Origin: an uncultured Verrucomicrobiae bacterium
Lineage (GTDB): Bacteria; Verrucomicrobiota; Verrucomicrobiia; Chthoniobacterales; JAFAMB01
Reading direction: 5' to 3'
Assembly: GCA_963762565.1 (NCBI GenBank)
Contig: CAVXLD010000005.1
Location: 548,338 to 612,337, forward strand
DNA length: 64,000 nt
A program made the position numbers and the translations under genes. Of this stretch, positions 51,254-62,478 are shown piece by piece. The notes beneath the pieces were generated by a model, which was not told the DNA's origin, did not search any database, and saw only the letters and a list, made by a program, of their open reading frames with translations. Positions within the stretch are counted from its first letter, which is position 1; the number at the start of each line of letters is the position of its first letter.

Positions 51254-51361
51254 ACGCGCACCGCGTGTGGCACCCCTGTCCAAGATAAGGGTGAGGCGCC
51301 GGATTCTAAAAGTTAGAGGGGCCGCCCCATAGGGGTCGCGTCTACAGAAGGACCCCTTGGC

Positions 51362-51553
51362 TCAAACCGTTCCCAAGAAATCCAACACCTTCTTGGCATC
51401 CTTTTGCGAGAGATCCCACCAAGAACCAGCCTTTATCCTGTGCTGAAGTTTTGACACCGTAATTTCCAAAATTTTAGCGATCTCATCGAGATGCTTTTCT
51501 ATCTGCAAGTGCTGGCGTATTAGGTCGCCTTTTTGTTTCGATGTGGCTGGCAT
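51362..51553 (-). CDS. small hypothetical protein
   Basis: 63-aa helical ORF divergent from 51659. Confidence 0.4.
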   Translation of the reverse strand: MPATSKQKGDLIRQHLQIEKHLDEIAKILEITVSKLQHRIKAGSWWDLSQKDAKKVLDFLGTV

Positions 51554-51658
51554 TTTAAGTCTTTTTTGGCATACTCTCGCCCAGGTTATCGGGAAATCAG
51601 GGACATTGCGAGCCGGTTGCTGCCGCCGCCAGTTCACTCACAAAGGAGGAAATCAGTT

Positions 51659-51853
51659 ATGGAAGACAAAGTTTACGCTTACCTGCAACAGCACCAGGGT
51701 ATGCAGCCAATTGATTCGGTTGCTTGTGCCTTAGAGTGCAGCGTACCTGCGGTTCTAAACGCATCGATAAGCCTTAAAAACAACGGCCTGATCAAAATGC
51801 GGTACTACCCAAACGGCAAGTACTTAGAGATATCTGATTTTAAAGAAAGCTGA
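51659..51853 (+). CDS. small winged-helix-like protein
   Basis: strong RBS AAGGAGG; VYAYL..VACALECSVPAV..L.NNGLI pattern. Confidence 0.55.
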   Translation: MEDKVYAYLQQHQGMQPIDSVACALECSVPAVLNASISLKNNGLIKMRYYPNGKYLEISDFKES

Positions 51854-52303
51854 CCGACGATAAACGGCACCGCGCTGACGAAGCCGGCGCTGCGGATCGT
51901 CATGGGCCGCTGCATTTCCAGATAACTCGGCAGCCAGGCGCTCATGATGGAAACAGCCACGGCTGAATCATCGAGAAGATGATAATCGGGATCTCCGGGA
52001 AAGGCGTTTCGTCCCAGAGGGACAAGAATGAAGGTAGCCAGCCCCAAAAGCTTTCGGGCCTGGCTACTATCATTAGATCCCTACGGGACGGGATCGTTTC
52101 TCCTAACATTGACTAACCATATGGCGTAGCCGACCGTTGGCCGTTCGGGCTGAACTGAACCCCTCATCCAGACCAGACGGTATGCCCGGGACACAGCTAC
52201 CCTTAACGCTCAAAGAGGTTATTCGCCAAACACTAGGCCCTTCAGGATTCGTCCCGGCTTGGCGGTAAACAACCTTCCGTTAATCCCAACCACCCTTCAC
52301 CCA

Positions 52304-53710
52304 ATGAACTCCACACGCATCGAAAAAGATAGCCTCGGAGAAGTCCAAGTCCCGGCTGACAAACTTTGGGGCGCGCAAACTCAGCGTTCTCTCGAACATT
52401 TCAGCATCGGTCACGATCTGATGCCGAGGGAAATGATCAGCGCCTATGCGATTCTAAAAAAGGCCGCCGCGCACGCCAATCACGCCGGCGGCCGTCTCCA
52501 AGAAGAGCCCTATAAGCTAATTATTCAAGTCTGCGACGAGATACTCAACGGACAACACCAGGAAATGTTTCCGTTGCATGTTTGGATGACCGGTAGCGGC
52601 ACGCAGTTCAACATGAATGTGAACGAGGTCATTTCGAACCGGTGTTGCCAGATTGCCGGCACGCCCCTAGGGAGCAAGAAGCCCGTCCACCCTAATGATC
52701 ACGTGAACATGGCGCAGTCATCCAACGATTCGTTTCCTTCCGCCATGTACATTGCGGCGGCGGTCAACATCAAGAGCCGCTTGGTTCCGGCCGTTGCGGC
52801 GTTGCATGACGCCATCGCAGCAAAGGCTGCGGGGTGGAACGACATCGTCAAGATCGGGCGCACGCATATGCAGGACGCCACGCCATTAACCCTTGGACAG
52901 GAATGGTCCGGCTATGTCGGAATGCTGGCCGACGATCTAGAACGGATCGAAGACGCGTTGAAAGGGGTTTACCATCTTGCTCTTGGGGGTACTGCGGTCG
53001 GTACCGGCATCAATTCGGCGCCAGGGTTTGACCAGGCCGCTGCTGCGGAGATCGCGAGACTCACTGGACTTCCCTTTGTTACCGCGCCAAACAAATTTAC
53101 CGTGCAAGGTTCTCACGACGCTTTAGTTCAGCTCTCCGGTTCTTTGCGCACGTTGGCCACTTCCCTCTACAAGATCGCCAATGACATCCGGCTGATGTCT
53201 TGCGGTCCGCGAGCCGGGTTCGCTGAGCTGATGATTCCGGAAAACGAGCCGGGTTCATCCATTATGCCGGGCAAGGTAAACCCTACCCAGGCGGAGGCTT
53301 TAACCATGATCGCCGTTCAAGTGATGGCCAACGACGTCGCCGTGGGCTTCGGTGGGGCAGGTGGTTACCTGGAGATGAACGTCTACAAGCCACTTATCAT
53401 CTTCAACGTCACCCACTCCATCACCATTCTGACGGACGGTTGCACCAATTTTCGCAAGTTCCTGATTGAAGGGACGAAACCCAATCTGAACAAGATCAAG
53501 GAATACGTGGATCGTTCGTTGATGCTTGTCACTGCGCTCGCTCCGGTTATCGGTTATGACCAGGCGTCAAAGATCGCTCACTACGCGATGGACCATGACC
53601 TCACTCTGAAGGCTGCAGCGCTACAATTAGGATTCGTGACCGAGGCGGACTTCGACCGCATCGTCGATCCGGCGAAAATGGTCAAACCTTACGTTGCAAC
53701 GAACGCCTAG
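52304..53710 (+). CDS. fumC: class II fumarate hydratase
   Basis: [41 protein letters not shown] signature. Confidence 0.97.
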   Translation: MNSTRIEKDSLGEVQVPADKLWGAQTQRSLEHFSIGHDLMPREMISAYAILKKAAAHANHAGGRLQEEPYKLIIQVCDEILNGQHQEMFPLHVWMTGSGTQFNMNVNEVISNRCCQIAGTPLGSKKPVHPNDHVNMAQSSNDSFPSAMYIAAAVNIKSRLVPAVAALHDAIAAKAAGWNDIVKIGRTHMQDATPLTLGQEWSGYVGMLADDLERIEDALKGVYHLALGGTAVGTGINSAPGFDQAAAAEIARLTGLPFVTAPNKFTVQGSHDALVQLSGSLRTLATSLYKIANDIRLMSCGPRAGFAELMIPENEPGSSIMPGKVNPTQAEALTMIAVQVMANDVAVGFGGAGGYLEMNVYKPLIIFNVTHSITILTDGCTNFRKFLIEGTKPNLNKIKEYVDRSLMLVTALAPVIGYDQASKIAHYAMDHDLTLKAAALQLGFVTEADFDRIVDPAKMVKPYVATNA

Positions 53711-53802
53711 CGTGCGCGAAACGATGCCAGGACTGGAACTCAACTCCGCCGGACTATCTGATTAAGGAACCCCCACCGCTACCGGTCGCGCTCGATCTCG
53801 CC

Positions 53803-55047
53803 GTGTTGAGCGCGAAGCTGTTGTTTGCCAATGGACAGACGACACAGAAGATGGTGCTGGCGTTGGGGCAGATGGCAGGCACGCTGGGTTTTAAGCTGAC
53901 GATCTATCCGAACTGGGGTGAATTGATCGTACGACTTGAAGATAATACGAGTTCGCGTTCGGAATCGATCGCGATAGAACCCGCCGGCGTCGATCAGAGC
54001 AAAGTGTCGGCCACCATGTGGGTGATCTTTCAAATCTGCGAGGGCCGCATAGACACAGCAGCAGCTCGGATGGCATTGGCAGAGATCTCCCGGGCGGCAC
54101 CCGTTTCGTTGGTACGTTTTGCCTTGCTCGCGGCAGCCGGAGCCGCAGCGCTCGGTGTCATCTTTGGCGCGAGTCACCCGGTCACCTTAGCGCTGATCGC
54201 GCTGGTCGGCGGTGTGGGCGCTTGCTTACGCCGGTGGTTAGCCGGGCTAAGCCATAATCTATTCGTTCAGCCATTCGGCGCCTCTCTCCTCGCTGGCATA
54301 GCGGGCGCGATCGCGGTCCATTTACAGCTCAGTTCCCCGCTTATGTTGGTCGCCCTTTGTCCCTGTATGATCTTAGTCCCCGGTCCCCATATTCTCACCG
54401 GCGCCATGGACCTTGCTCGAGCGCGCATCCCACTCGGCATCGCTCGCCTTGCCTATGCGAGCCTTATCATCCTTACCATCTGCACCGGGCTTATCCTAGG
54501 GCTGAAGGTTGGCGGTGTGAGCCTCCCTGCCTCCGGCCTCTCCTCCCCGGTGCCGCTTGGGTATGATGTCCTCGCCGCCGGCGTGGCAGTCGCTGCCTAT
54601 GGCACCTTCTTCAACATGTCCTGGCGAACGCTATTTATCCCTATCGCGATCGGCATGTTCGCGCACGCTTGCCGTTGGGCCGCGATTACCCTGGCCGGTG
54701 CGGACCCGGCCAGCGCGGCTCTTATTGCCTGTCTCCTCGTCGGATTTATCATGACACCGATCGCCGACCGACTCCGGCTCCCGTTTGCCGGACTCGCCTT
54801 CTCTGCCGTCGTCTCTTTGCTCCCCGGGGCTTATCTTTTTCGAATGGCCGGAGGAATGACCAGCCTCGTCACATCGGCCCCGGGCGCCGGTCCGGAGCTT
54901 TTCTTCCAAGTCGGCGCCGATGCGGCTGTGGCGATGCTAATCGTCGTGGCCATGACCTTCGGGCTGATCGTCCCGAGGATCTGGCTTGAAGATTTCATCC
55001 ACTTCTGGCCGGCCCTGGGAGGCATACCGAAGGATCGGAAAATCTGA
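53803..55047 (+). CDS. ThrE family threonine/serine exporter
   Basis: N-terminal soluble part, about 10 TM helices, two LVPG / LLPG motifs. Confidence 0.8.
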   Translation: MLSAKLLFANGQTTQKMVLALGQMAGTLGFKLTIYPNWGELIVRLEDNTSSRSESIAIEPAGVDQSKVSATMWVIFQICEGRIDTAAARMALAEISRAAPVSLVRFALLAAAGAAALGVIFGASHPVTLALIALVGGVGACLRRWLAGLSHNLFVQPFGASLLAGIAGAIAVHLQLSSPLMLVALCPCMILVPGPHILTGAMDLARARIPLGIARLAYASLIILTICTGLILGLKVGGVSLPASGLSSPVPLGYDVLAAGVAVAAYGTFFNMSWRTLFIPIAIGMFAHACRWAAITLAGADPASAALIACLLVGFIMTPIADRLRLPFAGLAFSAVVSLLPGAYLFRMAGGMTSLVTSAPGAGPELFFQVGADAAVAMLIVVAMTFGLIVPRIWLEDFIHFWPALGGIPKDRKI

Positions 55048-55322
55048 GAACCGCAAGGGCGACATCTTCGAGGAACTCGAGGATGTTGGATAGGGGATAG
55101 GTCAACTGTTTTGAGGCCGGTGTGCAAAACGACGTCGTCGAATGCATAAAGCGAGCTGGCCGCACAAACGAACCGGAGTGGTTGCCAGCGCTATCGGAGA
55201 CAAATGACCTGTCCCTTTCTAATTCATCACCATCGGTGGCGGCTGAAGCCTTGGACTATGATGGGTCACCGCTTCGCGCAGGGAATACACCCGAGCCACC
55301 GGACGAGGACGAGCACGATGTT

Positions 55323-56165
55323 CTAATACCGGACGATATGATCCAACTGGATCCTGACGAGGCTGGCCCATTCTTTCGCTGGTTCGTCGGCGTAATGGAC
55401 TCCGTCGCCGCCCGATTTGCCCGGGATGTAATGGGTGATCGCGCTGGAGTTGATGGTCTCGAACCCGTACTTGGCGGCGGCCGCTTTGATCAGAGCCAGC
55501 ACGGCTTGTTGCACCCGAGGCGGATAATGAGAAGAATCAGGTGGCGTTATCCAGATAATCTTTTTGACCGTGCTCGGCGAGGCCCGGATTACGGTAACGA
55601 AGCCATCCAGCGTCCGAGCATCTGCCTCTTCATCCCGCGCATCGGCGACTAATCCGTCCATCCAATTGGTTCCAAGCTGAACAATTAAGATGGTGGGCCG
55701 GTATTTCGGCAGCAGGTCGTCCAGCTTCGGGGTCGGCATAGGAGGCGGCGGTCCCCCATGCTGAAAATCATACAAAATCGTTGTTGAAGGCGTCTGCTCT
55801 CGATACCCGCATTTGGTCGTGTAATCGAAACCAGACCGTAACCAATGTTGCGGGGAAGAACCGCAAGCAGCGAAAATTGCGACGTTGTTCTGACCGAATC
55901 GATTCACCAGGTATTCCAGCATCGACTGCCCGAACTCGCCGACGGATAGAGAATCGCCAATCATCAATACGCGATCTCCGCCGCGTGAAAAATAGGGTTC
56001 ACTTGGTTGAGTAGAAGTCGGGGACGTCAGCTCACGCTGCATGCTCAGTCCGTTTCGTATTTCGGCGTCTGGCGGAACGCTGGTAGTGCTGCCGATGTAC
56101 CGCTCATCCGAGCAGGCTTGCAGTAAAAGCCCCGACAGCGTGATAACAAAAAGCGGATGCCGCAT
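55323..56165 (-). CDS. SGNH/GDSL hydrolase lipoprotein
   Basis: lipobox LLQAC, IGDSL, QLGTN, DGVH. Confidence 0.8.
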   Translation of the reverse strand: MRHPLFVITLSGLLLQACSDERYIGSTTSVPPDAEIRNGLSMQRELTSPTSTQPSEPYFSRGGDRVLMIGDSLSVGEFGQSMLEYLVNRFGQNNVAIFAACGSSPQHWLRSGFDYTTKCGYREQTPSTTILYDFQHGGPPPPMPTPKLDDLLPKYRPTILIVQLGTNWMDGLVADARDEEADARTLDGFVTVIRASPSTVKKIIWITPPDSSHYPPRVQQAVLALIKAAAAKYGFETINSSAITHYIPGKSGGDGVHYADEPAKEWASLVRIQLDHIVRY

Positions 56166-56258
56166 GCAGTTTACGCCAGCTTCCCTTAACTCGGCCCTGC
56201 AAGCAAGGCTGGGTCTTGCGTGAAAGACCGCTCCACTTTCCCTATCAAGCGCGATCTG

Positions 56259-57581
56259 TCAACTCCGTGGTGACGGCAAGCGGTCTTCGTCCTCCTTGCG
56301 GATGTAAGGCACTAAATCGATGCGCCCGGTCTCATCACTGGTCTTGATGGTGGCCCACGCTGTCGAATCTACCTCGTCCAGGTGCAAGAGAAAAGTGTCG
56401 CCGATCGCAAATTGGTCCAACGGCTGAGGTTTTAACTGAATGTGGGCAGGATGCAGGACGAGAATCTCTTTGTCATTATATGATCCGCCCAGCACTTGCT
56501 GGACTTCATAAATAAATGCCACCAAAGATTCCTGATAAGGCAACAGTTGCGCAACTGCTAATGGCTTCGACTTAAAAATTAGCTTGGCCTTAACCGTGAC
56601 CTCCCCAGGCAGCGTCTGCTCAGTGCTCGGGGTCTGCTCGGTGACTGAACTCGCCGAATTCTCAGACAGCCTCGGTAACAGCGCCACCGGATGCGAGTTA
56701 ATGTCATCCTTAATGATGGTAAAGACCCGGTCAGCCCACGCATCCATTTGGGCGCCGAAAAAATGCTCCCGATCCCGAGCCATAACCCGATAAGGATACG
56801 AAACCAGGTCGCGGCTGTCGATCAACGTAGCCTTATCCCTGGTAGACGACTGCAGTTGCTCAAAAACGAATTGCTGAACTTCCTTCGTAACCCGCCCTGA
56901 GATCGGCGAGCCGATCCAGTAGATCTTTTTCAACGAGGAGGGCGGCTTAACTGCGACCGTCAGGAAGGGCTCTACCAGGTTTCGCAATATCGGCCCTTGC
57001 ACTTTGGAATGTATCGTCTTGCCGTCCCTGAACAGGCTCAAAAGATTGGTGCCCGTTTGCATCACGAGAATATCGGGCTGAATCGCTGACAGGAGGGTTT
57101 CAAGCTTAGGGACAGGATGCGGCTTTGGGACATAGCCTCTTTTCATGCCGTACTCATCCTGAAATTCGCTGGGCGTATCTTTCCCGGGTACCGACTCGAT
57201 GGCCCAATAGCCGCAATAGGTCTTGGCATTGGCATAGGGGCTTTTTTGTAGCCAGCTGACGGGGACGGTTCCGCAAGCCATGTAGGTGAAGACCGCGCCG
57301 ACGCCATTGTCTTTCCGGAAAAGAGTGTCGAGACGCTTGCCGAAACCGCACTGACTCATCGAGTCGCCCAAGATCAATACCTTCAACTGTGCGGTTGAGG
57401 CGGTCGCGGCCACAGCAGAAGGCGAGGGATCGACCTCAGCATAAAGGGTGGGACTAACCCCGGAGAACAAAAGCAGCGATGAAAGAGCCGGGGCAACTAA
57501 GGGCGCAGTGTGGAAAAACTGGTTCCAAATCAACCTAAATGTCATCTGGTGAGGAGATACTCGGATGCCCATATAAAACAC
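56259..57581 (-). CDS. SGNH hydrolase with C-terminal beta domain
   Basis: LGDSM, QTGTN, DREH. Confidence 0.75.
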   Translation of the reverse strand: MFYMGIRVSPHQMTFRLIWNQFFHTAPLVAPALSSLLLFSGVSPTLYAEVDPSPSAVAATASTAQLKVLILGDSMSQCGFGKRLDTLFRKDNGVGAVFTYMACGTVPVSWLQKSPYANAKTYCGYWAIESVPGKDTPSEFQDEYGMKRGYVPKPHPVPKLETLLSAIQPDILVMQTGTNLLSLFRDGKTIHSKVQGPILRNLVEPFLTVAVKPPSSLKKIYWIGSPISGRVTKEVQQFVFEQLQSSTRDKATLIDSRDLVSYPYRVMARDREHFFGAQMDAWADRVFTIIKDDINSHPVALLPRLSENSASSVTEQTPSTEQTLPGEVTVKAKLIFKSKPLAVAQLLPYQESLVAFIYEVQQVLGGSYNDKEILVLHPAHIQLKPQPLDQFAIGDTFLLHLDEVDSTAWATIKTSDETGRIDLVPYIRKEDEDRLPSPRS

Positions 57582-57757
57582 AACGGCGGATCTTATTACG
57601 TTCTCAGGAATTGCCCAGAGATTACACTAAGGTCGCATATCGCTTATCTAGACGCTCGCTTAGGATACTTCGGGAGTGTTGGCAGTAACTCGAGCCAGCA
57701 AAAGCGTTATATACCTTTAGCCAGAGCGAATGATGTGAAAAAGAGAGTCAGAGCGAC

Positions 57758-58896
57758 CTATTTAGTTACAGGCAAAACCTGCCACCCCTGGGTCGCTTCG
57801 GTAAACTCGCGGGCGCTGAAGCACCAGACGACAACTTTTTTTCGGGATAGATATCCCGGATCCTTGATACTGCGGCGATATAAGCTCACCCGGACCGGTG
57901 TCGCCCCGGAACCACGCGTACCGATCAGATCTGGCCGCACACCCAGTTCTAACGTTAGCTGGTCTAGCAAGCCAGCGTCGGACGCCAGAAAATCGTGGAA
58001 CACGAGGGTATCTGACTATCGCCGATTACCAACAAAGGACTGTTGCTGTCAGGTTCGATAACGGAGCCGCCAGCGGCAGTTTTGACTTGCCTGATACTAA
58101 TTTTTTCCGGCGCCGGTTTTGGCGAACTCTCCGGCAGTAGACTCACTAAATCGCCTGCAATCGTTATTTCATTCCATGACACGAGGTAATCATCAGGTGA
58201 ACTCTTGGCCGGTAGCTGCGATCGGGCGCGATCGGCGATGGCTTTGGCTGCCAGGACACAACCAAGGCCAGACCAATGAGAGTCCGTTCGACAATAGAGC
58301 GGCCCACGCTCATCCATCCGCTCCGAATAGAACAGAGGTAAAAGGTCAACTACCTCGACTCCGGCCTTCTCCAGCCGTCGATAAAACGTTTGTAAGTCAG
58401 CGCCCAGGTCCTCGGGCTTGCTGCCAAAAGATGAAAATAATCTTTCCGGGTAAATGGCGATTTTCGGCGGTACCGGAACAAGTAGGAGCCGTACTCCTAG
58501 CGCCTGCAGCTGTTTGTTAAAGTCGACTATGGCCACCAAAGGATCCATCGCTGCCGGGTTGGTTGATCGGCTTACGTTCGCCGCGGCATCACCCCAGAAT
58601 TGTCCAACTGAAAGGAACCGGAGGTCATCTGTCAGAAAAAGCCATCCTCCGACGCCCGCGACGGCTACGACCTTCTGGCCGATCAGCGTCTTTACTTGGT
58701 CGGCTAACTCTCTTTTGAATGCATCATCCGCGGCGGGCGCGGACAGCGCCGTTGCCCAAACTTCGGCCAAGGTAGCGCACAAGATGAATGCCCCTAGAAG
58801 CCTGTTCGGCCGACGACCGCGCTTATGAGAACTCGGTGAGAACTCCTTTCTTCTATGGATCCGTTTAGTTGATGACCTATGGTCTTTAGTTCGCAC
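57758..58896 (-). CDS. AlgJ/AlgX family O-acetyltransferase (frameshifted; start uncertain)
   Basis: GWLFL, LLVPVPPK, TDSHW, IGDS, KVVVWCFSARE. Confidence 0.8.
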
Positions 58897-60351
58897 GTTT
58901 TTATTTACTATTTTCTTCCCGCTGCCCTTCTAGGATACTACACGCTCAGTCGGGCGCCGCAGCGTTGGCGCAACCTTTGGTTGGTACTGACTGGCTATCT
59001 ATTTTACGGATGGGCTGGGCCGGGTTTCACGATTTTGATGCTCGCAACGACTTCGTTTGACTGGCTCATGAGCCTGGTCATCGCGCACAACGACTGGCGT
59101 CCATTGCGTCTTTGCCAGGGTGACGTCTCCTTGCTTCCTCCCGGAGCGAGAACACGGACACAAACGGTGGCCTTGGTGCTATCGATTTCGTCGAACCTGA
59201 TCGTGCTCGGTTTCTTCAAATATTTCAACTTCGCAATTGGTAGCTACAACGGGGTTATCGAGCTTATTGGGGTGAGCCCGGCGCAATGGCACACAACCCT
59301 GCGGGTCGTCTTGCCTCTTGGGATCAGCTTTTACACTTTCCAAGCCCTCAGTTATATCATCGATGTCTACCGGGGCGATGCCATCGCGATGGTTAACTTC
59401 ATCGATTTTTCCTGTTTCGTATCGATGTTTCCTCACCTGGTGGCAGGGCCTATTTTGAAATTCTCCTTTCTGGCGAAGCAACTGACCGCGAGGACGTTGA
59501 CAGCTGAGAAATTTGCCCGTGGAGTGGCTTTCTTTTGTTTGGGCTTAGCAAAAAAGATTTTGTTGGCGAATCCATGCGGCACGATCGCAGATGCCACTTT
59601 CAACGCGCATTCGGTTGCTAGCTTGGACGCCTGGTTTGGCGCGGTGGCCTACGCTTTTCAGATCTATTTCGATTTTAGCGGCTATTCCGACATGGCCATT
59701 GGGCTGGGGCTGATGCTTGGTTTCGTTTTCGCTAAGAATTTCGATTCGCCCTATCAATCAGCATCCATCACCGAGTTCTGGCGGCGTTGGCACATCTCGC
59801 TTTCGACCTGGCTCCGTGAATATGTCTACATCCCGCTGGGTGGAAACCGTCAAGGAAACATCCGCACCTATGTTAATCTGATGTTGACGATGCTGCTGGG
59901 CGGGCTTTGGCACGGCGCTTCCTGGAATTTTGTGATCTGGGGAGGAATCCATGGCGGAATGCTGGCTCTGGAACGGCCCCGGCAACGTCAGAGCCTCCAC
60001 GCACATTTACCGAAGCCGGTTCGAATCGCGGCCACTTTTCTGGTCGTGACGGTTAGCTGGGTTTTCTTCCGGGCTTCCGATTTACCCGGAGCAATGGCTT
60101 ACCTTGGCAGTATGTTCGGTCTAACCCACCCAGCGCCGGCGGCTTCGTTGATCAGTGGGATAATATATGACCGTTACTTGTTATTCTCCTGGGCGCTGGC
60201 CGCTATCGTCGTTTGGGCAGCGCCGCAGACCTGGAATTGGACGCAGGTGCTGACATTGCCAAAATCAGCCGTTTGTGTTGGGTTAGCGGCTTTGGCGTTG
60301 GGTGTGCTCGCAGCGCAGGAAAGTAATCCGTTTATTTATTTCATCTTCTAG
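58879..60351 (+). CDS. algI: MBOAT O-acyltransferase, AlgI/PatA family
   Basis: MVFSS, LPLGISFYTFQ, QIYFDFSGYSDMAIG, FWRRWHISLS.W, GLWHGA, FIYF.F. Confidence 0.9.
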   Translation: MVFSSHVFIYYFLPAALLGYYTLSRAPQRWRNLWLVLTGYLFYGWAGPGFTILMLATTSFDWLMSLVIAHNDWRPLRLCQGDVSLLPPGARTRTQTVALVLSISSNLIVLGFFKYFNFAIGSYNGVIELIGVSPAQWHTTLRVVLPLGISFYTFQALSYIIDVYRGDAIAMVNFIDFSCFVSMFPHLVAGPILKFSFLAKQLTARTLTAEKFARGVAFFCLGLAKKILLANPCGTIADATFNAHSVASLDAWFGAVAYAFQIYFDFSGYSDMAIGLGLMLGFVFAKNFDSPYQSASITEFWRRWHISLSTWLREYVYIPLGGNRQGNIRTYVNLMLTMLLGGLWHGASWNFVIWGGIHGGMLALERPRQRQSLHAHLPKPVRIAATFLVVTVSWVFFRASDLPGAMAYLGSMFGLTHPAPAASLISGIIYDRYLLFSWALAAIVVWAAPQTWNWTQVLTLPKSAVCVGLAALALGVLAAQESNPFIYFIF

Positions 60352-60353
60352 TC

Positions 60354-62069
60354 ATGCCGCCCGATCCCGATTCAGCAGTCATCGAGTTAGCTCCAGAGCC
60401 GGTTCTGAGGAACAAACCGCAACGAACTCGGGAAGAAGAAGCTGACTGGGCTTTAAATCATTCGACCTTTTACCGAGGCGCAAGATCGGTCCTGCTTTAC
60501 TTTTTTCTGGCGATTGTATTCGGGGTTCCGTTAGCGCAGTTGACCATCGATTTGGGCGGGAAATCCACAGGTAAAGGATCCGGCATCTTGGAAATGTCTC
60601 GACAACTGTTTCCGTCGAGAGCGGTCCTGGATAAGAGACCGATGAATCTACTGCAGGTTCTCCCGACAGCCCAAACTATCAAGGCGGCAGAAAAGAAGCT
60701 GGAAGATTACTCCGCGCTATCTTGGTTGTGTCTACCTCGGGTACAATGGGTGTTAACTGGATTGTTTGGGACGGGAAACAAAGAAGTGGATGTGGGCCGG
60801 TCCGGCTGGCTGTTTTATCGACCGGATGTTGAATATGTTACCGGTCCGCCGTTCTTAGAGCCCATCCGTCTTCAGCAGCGGCTGCACGAGCCTGGTATTC
60901 AGCCGGATCCGATCCAGGCGATTGTCCAGTTCCGGGATCAACTAGCTCAGCGAAAGATCGATTTACTCGTGCTGCCAATTCCGGTGAAATCCTGCGTGCA
61001 AGGCGATCAGCTTTCCCGGTTCGTTGACCCGACGGTAATCCTGCAGAATCCGTCATTCGCGGAGTTTAAAACGCGGTTACAGGAACGAGGAGTCCATGTC
61101 TTGGACTTGACGCCTGACTTTATGATCGCCAAGACCGGGCAAAACGGCGGGCCCATCTATCTGGAAACAGATACGCATTGGCGGCCTGAGATCATGGATT
61201 TGGCGGCGCATCGGGTGGCGGCGGCTCTCGATGCGTTGCCGGGGACAAACGGGTTGCCCCCGCAAACAGTCGAGAAACCGGTTACCAACTATGGCGACAT
61301 TTTAGCCTTATTAAAGCTCCCGGCGGGCCAAGGCGTTTATCACCCCCAGACCGTCACGATCGGAACAATTTCGCGGGGGCACACTTTGTGGCGTTCAGAT
61401 CAGGCCGCGGACGTTCTGCTGCTTGGCGATAGCTTCTGTAACATTTATTCACTGCAACAATTGGGGTGGGGCGAATCTGCGGGATTCGCCGAACATCTGA
61501 GCCGCGCGCTCGGTGGTCGCCCAATCGATTGTATTCTTCGGAACAGTGACGGCGCGTTTGCCACCCGAGAAATCTTGAGTCACGAACTTCGTCGCGGCAA
61601 CGATCGGTTAAAGGGCAAGCGGGTCGTGATCTGGGAATTCGCAGCCCGCGAGCTCGCTTTGGGCAACTGGAAGCTGATGGATATGGAGCTGGGCACGCCG
61701 GGGCCATCGCGTTTCTTATCGTTGAAACCCAGTGAGGATGTCATCGTTACCGGCGTCGTTCAAGCCATCTCCGAGGTGCCACTGCCGGGTAGTATTCCTT
61801 ACAAGGATCATATCGCCGCCGTGGAGCTAACCGATTTAAGCGGAAGCTCTCAATTGATCGCAGGTTGCACCGAAGCTTTGGCGTATTTTTGGAGTATGCG
61901 GGACAACGTTTGGACCCGCGCCGCCCGGTTACGCTCCGGCGGTCGTGTTAAAATGCATCTATACGCCTGGGCGGATTATGCAGTTCAATACGACAAATTC
62001 AATCGAAGCGAGCTGGAAGACGCCACTTTGCAGCTTCAGGAACCAACCTGGGGTGATTTCGTGGAGTGA
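60354..62069 (+). CDS. AlgJ/AlgX family O-acetyltransferase
   Basis: GRSGWLFY, TDTHW, LGDSF, VVIWEFAARE. Confidence 0.85.
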   Translation: MPPDPDSAVIELAPEPVLRNKPQRTREEEADWALNHSTFYRGARSVLLYFFLAIVFGVPLAQLTIDLGGKSTGKGSGILEMSRQLFPSRAVLDKRPMNLLQVLPTAQTIKAAEKKLEDYSALSWLCLPRVQWVLTGLFGTGNKEVDVGRSGWLFYRPDVEYVTGPPFLEPIRLQQRLHEPGIQPDPIQAIVQFRDQLAQRKIDLLVLPIPVKSCVQGDQLSRFVDPTVILQNPSFAEFKTRLQERGVHVLDLTPDFMIAKTGQNGGPIYLETDTHWRPEIMDLAAHRVAAALDALPGTNGLPPQTVEKPVTNYGDILALLKLPAGQGVYHPQTVTIGTISRGHTLWRSDQAADVLLLGDSFCNIYSLQQLGWGESAGFAEHLSRALGGRPIDCILRNSDGAFATREILSHELRRGNDRLKGKRVVIWEFAARELALGNWKLMDMELGTPGPSRFLSLKPSEDVIVTGVVQAISEVPLPGSIPYKDHIAAVELTDLSGSSQLIAGCTEALAYFWSMRDNVWTRAARLRSGGRVKMHLYAWADYAVQYDKFNRSELEDATLQLQEPTWGDFVE

Positions 62070-62078
62070 GGACGGCTT

Positions 62079-62169
62079 GGATATCTGTTTTCGGGAAATG
62101 GCTAAGATTACCGATCTCTTAGCCACTTTTCAGGTTCATCCCTGGATAGATTTGACCTTTCATGAGCCG
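62079..62169. repeat. second copy of integrase 5' end/promoter segment
   Basis: GGATATC..GGCTAAGAT..TCTTAGCCACTTTT..GGTTCATCCCTGGA..TTTGACCTTTCATGAGCCG matches 20755-20845. Confidence 0.7.
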
Positions 62170-62478
62170 ATAGTTCGCGGGTGGGAATGGAACGTTAGAC
62201 CTTTGTCGTCGTGTTATGCCTATATTTCATAGCGACTATAAAAATACGCTGGGTCACATTGGAGAGTGGTCACTAACGGGGTGGAGGCACTTCTTTGGCT
62301 CCTCGATTGGTACTTTGGTCCAAAAGGAAGATCACCCTGACCTTTCCGACTATGCGGATGGGAGCGGGCTCCCGGATCTTATGATCATTAGCCTGCCGGT
62401 GAACAACCGACACCTTTCTCCCCCACGACCGATGCTCAACGCGCACTCCAGACCCAAGTCATGTAAGAAATGCAGGCT

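Noticed and set aside
629..58100. Programmed frameshifting or mass pseudogenisation
   Set aside because: Single-base indels hit many unrelated, otherwise intact genes, often at homopolymers. Long-read or assembly error is the simpler explanation, and reads are needed to confirm.
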